DNA from: Chloroflexota bacterium
Lineage (GTDB): Bacteria; Chloroflexota; Limnocylindria; Limnocylindrales; CSP1-4
Length of the DNA: 64,000 nucleotides
Assembly: GCA_034436555.1 (NCBI GenBank)
Contig: DAOTUU010000033.1
Coordinates: forward strand, 259,720-323,719
Direction of reading: 5' to 3'
Below the pieces are notes generated by a model. It had not been told where the DNA came from. It did not search any database and was given only the letters and a program-made list of their open reading frames with translations. Made by a program: the position numbers and the translations under genes. Each line of letters begins with the position of its first letter. Positions within the stretch are counted from its first letter, which is position 1. Shown here one piece after another: positions 60,557-64,000 of this stretch.

Positions 60557-62539
60557 TCAGGCAGGCGAGGGCGTCGGCGACGGTGCGCCGGCAGGGGGCG
60601 GTTCGGGGTGCTGGCGCGGCACCTGGGGGAGCGGTGTGGGAGTCACCGCGCTGCCCCCACCAGCGGCCCGTCGGCCATCCGGGAGGTCGGCGAACATCGC
60701 CTCGAACTCCTCGTGTTCGATGGTCTCCTCCGCGACCAGCCGTTCGGCGAGCTGTGTGAGTCGATCCCGGTGGGTCGACAGCACGTCCAACGCCCTGGAA
60801 TAGGCGCGATCGATGATGGCGCGGACCTCCTCGTCGATCTGCTTGGCCACATCGTCGGAGTAGTTGCGCTGCTCGCCGATCTCCCGTCCCAGGAACACCA
60901 GCTCGTCGCGCTTGCCGAAGGCCAGGGGGCCCAGCCGGTCACTCATGCCGAACTCGGTGACCATGCGGCGCGCCACGTTGGTCGCCTTCTCGATGTCGTT
61001 CGAGGACCCCGTGGTGGTGTCCCCGAAGATGAGGCGCTCCGCGGCGTTGCCGCCCAGCATGCCCGCGATCTTGTCCTCGAACTCCGCCTTGGACTGGAGG
61101 TAGCGATCCTCCGTCGGCAGGCCCATCGTGTACCCCAGGGCCATGCCGCGGCTGATGACCGAGACCTTCGCCACCGGGTCGCACTTGGGCAGGATGCGCT
61201 GGACCAGCGCGTGCCCGCCCTCGTGATACGCGATGATCGTCTTCTCAGCGTCCGAGATGACCCGGCTCTTGCGCTCCGGGCCGGCCACGACGCGCTCCAG
61301 CGCCTCGTTGAACTCGGAGGTCGTGATGACCTTCTTGTTGCGACGGGCGGCGAGGATCGCGGCCTCGTTGACGAGGTTCGCGAGGTCGGCGCCGGAGAAT
61401 CCCGGCGACTGCTTGGCGATGTGCGGCAGGTCGATCGCCTTGTCCAGCGGCTTGCCCTTGATGTGGACCTTGAGGATCTCCAGGCGCCCCTTCATGTCCG
61501 GGCGGTCCAGGATGACCTGACGATCGAATCGGCCCGGCCGCAGCAGCGCCGGATCCAGCACGTCCGGGCGGTTCGTGGCCGCGACCACGATCACGTTCGT
61601 GTTCGTGTCGAAGCCGTCCATCTCCACGAGGATCTGGTTGAGCGTCTGCTCGCGCTCATCGTGCGAACCGCCCAGCCCGGCACCGCGCTGCCGACCGACG
61701 GCATCGATCTCGTCCACGAACACGATGCAGGGGCTGTTGCGCTTCGCCTGGTCGAACAGGTCGCGGACGCGGCTGGCTCCGACGCCCACGAACATCTCCA
61801 CGAACTCGGAGCCGGAGATGCTGAAGAAGGGCACGCCCGCCTCGCCGGCGACGGCACGCGCGAGGAGCGTCTTGCCGGTGCCGGGAGGGCCCACCAGCAG
61901 CACGCCGCGCGGGATCCGGGCGCCGAGCGAGTTGAACTTCTCGGGGTACTTGAGGAACTCCACGACCTCCTGGAGCTCCGTCTTCGCCTCGTCAACTCCC
62001 GCGACATCCGAGAACGTCACGACGGTCTTGTTGCCCAGGAACATCCGGGCGCGGCTCTTGCCGAAGGACATCGCCTGGTTGTTGCTGCCCTGGGCCTGGC
62101 GGAACATGAAGTACAGGAAGACGCCGATCAGGAGCACCGGCATGAGCGCGCTGAGCAGGATGCCCAGCCACTGACCGCCGCTGTCCTCGGGCATGCCTTT
62201 GACGACGGGCACCTCCGCGCAGCCCGGCGCCTGGCACCAGGCCTGCATGTCCTCCAGGACGTTGGTCACGAACTGGTTCGGGACCTCCGTGGTCACGACC
62301 TCGTCCTTGCCACCCGCGTCCTGCGCCAGGAGTGTGATCTCCAGCCGAGGACCCTTCTGGATGACGCTCTGGACCTCGCCCGCGGCCACCCGCGACTGGA
62401 AGGACGTCGCGTCTCCCAGGCCGGAGTAGTTGATCGTCGTGGTGGGATTGTTGGGGAACAGGAACATGTACAGCAGCGCCGCGGTGCCCACGACGAGCAC
62501 GAGCGTGACGATGCCGTTTCGGAGGAAGCGGCTGTTCAA
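60557..62539 (-). CDS. ftsH: ATP-dependent zinc metalloprotease FtsH
   Basis: Two N-terminal TM segments. AAA Walker [25 protein letters not shown] region, zinc motif HEGGHAL. 660 aa. Confidence 0.9.
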   Translation of the reverse strand: MNSRFLRNGIVTLVLVVGTAALLYMFLFPNNPTTTINYSGLGDATSFQSRVAAGEVQSVIQKGPRLEITLLAQDAGGKDEVVTTEVPNQFVTNVLEDMQAWCQAPGCAEVPVVKGMPEDSGGQWLGILLSALMPVLLIGVFLYFMFRQAQGSNNQAMSFGKSRARMFLGNKTVVTFSDVAGVDEAKTELQEVVEFLKYPEKFNSLGARIPRGVLLVGPPGTGKTLLARAVAGEAGVPFFSISGSEFVEMFVGVGASRVRDLFDQAKRNSPCIVFVDEIDAVGRQRGAGLGGSHDEREQTLNQILVEMDGFDTNTNVIVVAATNRPDVLDPALLRPGRFDRQVILDRPDMKGRLEILKVHIKGKPLDKAIDLPHIAKQSPGFSGADLANLVNEAAILAARRNKKVITTSEFNEALERVVAGPERKSRVISDAEKTIIAYHEGGHALVQRILPKCDPVAKVSVISRGMALGYTMGLPTEDRYLQSKAEFEDKIAGMLGGNAAERLIFGDTTTGSSNDIEKATNVARRMVTEFGMSDRLGPLAFGKRDELVFLGREIGEQRNYSDDVAKQIDEEVRAIIDRAYSRALDVLSTHRDRLTQLAERLVAEETIEHEEFEAMFADLPDGRRAAGGGSAVTPTPLPQVPRQHPEPPPAGAPSPTPSPA

Positions 62540-62708
62540 GTGGGGGTTGCCTCCGGATCGAGGGGTCGCCCGGCCCGACCGGGTCGCGAGACGCCAGTAT
62601 AGGACCGCATGGACGATGGCCCCCGGAACGGGCCAGAAGTCCCGCCTGACGGCAGCGACAGGCTCCGGCCCGGACGGTGGCGGATCAAGGGAGGGCGCAT
62701 CGACGGGC

Positions 62709-62783
62709 TGGTAGCCGAGGGCGGATTTGAACCACCGACCAAGGGCTTATGAGTCCCCTGCTCTACCACTGAGCTACTCGGCC
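62709..62783 (-). tRNA. tRNA with CAU anticodon (tRNA-Met; the elongator vs tRNA-Ile2 lysidine type is not resolved), CCA encoded
   Basis: Minus strand GGCCGAGTAGCTCAGTGGTAGAGCAGGGGACTCATAAGCCCTTGGTCGGTGGTTCAAATCCGCCCTCGGCTACCA. 7-bp acceptor stem, D-arm GCTC/GAGC, anticodon loop CTCATAA, T-arm GGTGG-TTCAAAT-CCGCC. Ends +/-1. Confidence 0.8.
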
Positions 62784-62840
62784 GCGGGTGACAGCCTCGG
62801 AATGGTAGCGCACTCCCGCGCCGGTGCGCTGCCGGCGGCC

Positions 62841-63545
62841 CTACTCCACCGTCACCGTGAGCAGCAGCGTCCAGGTCGGCGCGGCGCTCTCGAAGGGTCG
62901 CGCGTACTGGAACGTGACCGTCGTCTCACCGGCGGCGAGGGCGTCGAATGCGAACGCCTGCGCACCGGGTGCGCCGGGCATCGGCGACGCTGCGGGGATG
63001 TCGCTGGTCCCGCTCAGCGCCGTGATGGTGAGGTCGGCGACCGACGGCTCGGCCCAGCTGAACCCGGTGCTCGGGTTGGAGCACAGCTCCACGATGTACC
63101 GACCACCCGCTGGCGCGCTGATCTGGGCCGTCTGCGAGGGCTGTGCCTCGAACGCCGCGCAGTCCAGGGCGATGGCGGCGGGCGCCGCGGAGGCGCTGGG
63201 TGAGGGCGCCTGGGTGGGCTCGGGCGTGACGACCGGCGCAGCCGTGGGCGTGACGACGGGCGTGGCCGTGGGCTCAGGCGTGGGCGCCTGGGTGGGCTCC
63301 GGCGTGGGCTCCGGCGTGGGCGCCTGGGTGGGCTCGGGGGTCGGCGCCTGCGTGGGCTCGGGGGTGACGACCGGAGCGGCCGTGGGCGCCTGGGTGGGCT
63401 CGGGGGTCGGCGCCTGGGTGGGCTCGGGGGTGACGACCGGCGCGGCCGTGGGCGTGACGACGGGCGTGGCAGCCGGCTTGCCCGAGCAGGCGACGAGCAG
63501 CAGCAGGCTCGCGGCGACGATCAGCCGCGAGAGATGGGAGCGCAT
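62841..63545 (-). CDS. Lipoprotein with a TPEPTQAP-repeat linker and a C-terminal chagasin-family (I42) protease-inhibitor domain
   Basis: Lipobox LLLLVAC SG after MRSHLSRLIVAAS. ~110-aa linker of (V)VTPEPTQAPTPEPTQAPTAAP repeats encoded by near-identical DNA tandem repeats 63230-63480. C-terminal NPSTGFSW motif (chagasin NPTTGY/FxW). Confidence 0.7.
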   Translation of the reverse strand: MRSHLSRLIVAASLLLLVACSGKPAATPVVTPTAAPVVTPEPTQAPTPEPTQAPTAAPVVTPEPTQAPTPEPTQAPTPEPTPEPTQAPTPEPTATPVVTPTAAPVVTPEPTQAPSPSASAAPAAIALDCAAFEAQPSQTAQISAPAGGRYIVELCSNPSTGFSWAEPSVADLTITALSGTSDIPAASPMPGAPGAQAFAFDALAAGETTVTFQYARPFESAAPTWTLLLTVTVE

Positions 63546-63876
63546 GGAACCTCCGAGCATGTGGGCGGATCGGGACGCCCACGGACGTCCGGCCCCTGGG
63601 CATGGGTCGACGCCGCACAGCATGCACGCTCGCACGCCGGTCTGCACGGCGCGCGAGGCGCCTCCGGACCGATCGGTCAGACCTGTCAGACTTCATGCGT
63701 GAGACTCATGGGCCACCTGCTCGGAACACTGGGATTCCGCTGGCAGATACGCAGACTGCGGCTCCTCGAGCGACTCCGTGACCTCATCACGCTGGCGCTC
63801 GTGATGGGCAGCGTGGGTGCCGCGATCGGCTACGCACTGGTGCGCCGCGGCGCCACGGAGTCGGACGTGGACGGAT

Positions 63877-64000
63877 GACCCAGCCGGAGCCACCGCACCC
63901 TGCGGACCGGTCGACGGCCATGGGCGCCGATGGTCCGGGCGCGCGACTTCGACCCCTGCCCGTCGGGGCCCTGCTCGAGGTCGGGTTCCGCGTGATGCGT
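63877..64000 (+). CDS. Start of an unidentified CDS running off the window end
   Basis: ATG 63877 in an ATGA overlap with the preceding small ORF. MTQPEPPHPADRSTAMGADGPGARLRPLPVGALLEVGFRVMR. Too short to classify. Confidence 0.3.

Noticed and set aside
62536-62769. 77-aa minus-strand ORF (…KPLVGGSNPPSATS…)
   Set aside because: It is the translation of the tRNA gene (T-loop GGTTCAAATCC gives GSNP). Not protein coding

Overview
This is a 64-kb chromosomal segment from a very high-GC bacterium (about 70% or more by eye; not computed). Almost every ORF has high GC3, and adjacent genes frequently overlap by ATGA or GTGA, so long antisense ORFs are common and were discarded. I call about 55 CDS, one tRNA-Met(CAT), two nested IS elements and several repeat regions. 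CDS ends come from the six-frame ORF track. Starts were refined by residue counting and checking for a start codon and a Shine-Dalgarno sequence. Coordinates I read by hand may be off by 1-2 nt.

Gene content, left to right:
- Partial cysteine-desulfurase-like gene.
- A dimethylglycine/sarcosine-dehydrogenase-family gene with a choline-kinase-like phosphotransferase.
- typA (BipA).
- An aapJQMP-type amino-acid ABC transporter.
- aspS.
- A roughly 6-kb lower-GC island separating aspS from hisS. It holds a secreted alpha-lytic-type S1 protease, a membrane-anchored partner gene, and an IS3-family element split by an IS110-family insertion.
- hisS translationally coupled to a FemAB-family gene.
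- relA/spoT.
- A serine-hydrolase (PBP/beta-lactamase-fold) gene.
- A peptidoglycan operon on the minus strand: xerC-like, murJ, a double-FemAB fusion, FemAB, murE, FemAB, all joined by 4-nt overlaps.
- topA, dprA, comM.
- An ECF sigma / anti-sigma pair.
- A REC-MinD/CpaE-like ATPase.
- SPFH and NfeD.
- NUDIX.
- A YVTN beta-propeller protein.
- Orphan trpB2.
- An ABC-2 exporter.
- LigT.
- A HAD hydrolase.
- A KaiC/DnaB-C-like ATPase with a repeat-rich N-terminus.
- An M20 peptidase.
- ftsH.
- tRNA-Met.
- A chagasin-family lipoprotein.

The most interesting candidate is the expanded FemAB/murE/murJ cluster. Together with the hisS-fem coupling, it suggests a dedicated tRNA-dependent cell-wall cross-bridge pathway. 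The mobile island and two repeat-mosaic intergenic regions are the other main findings.
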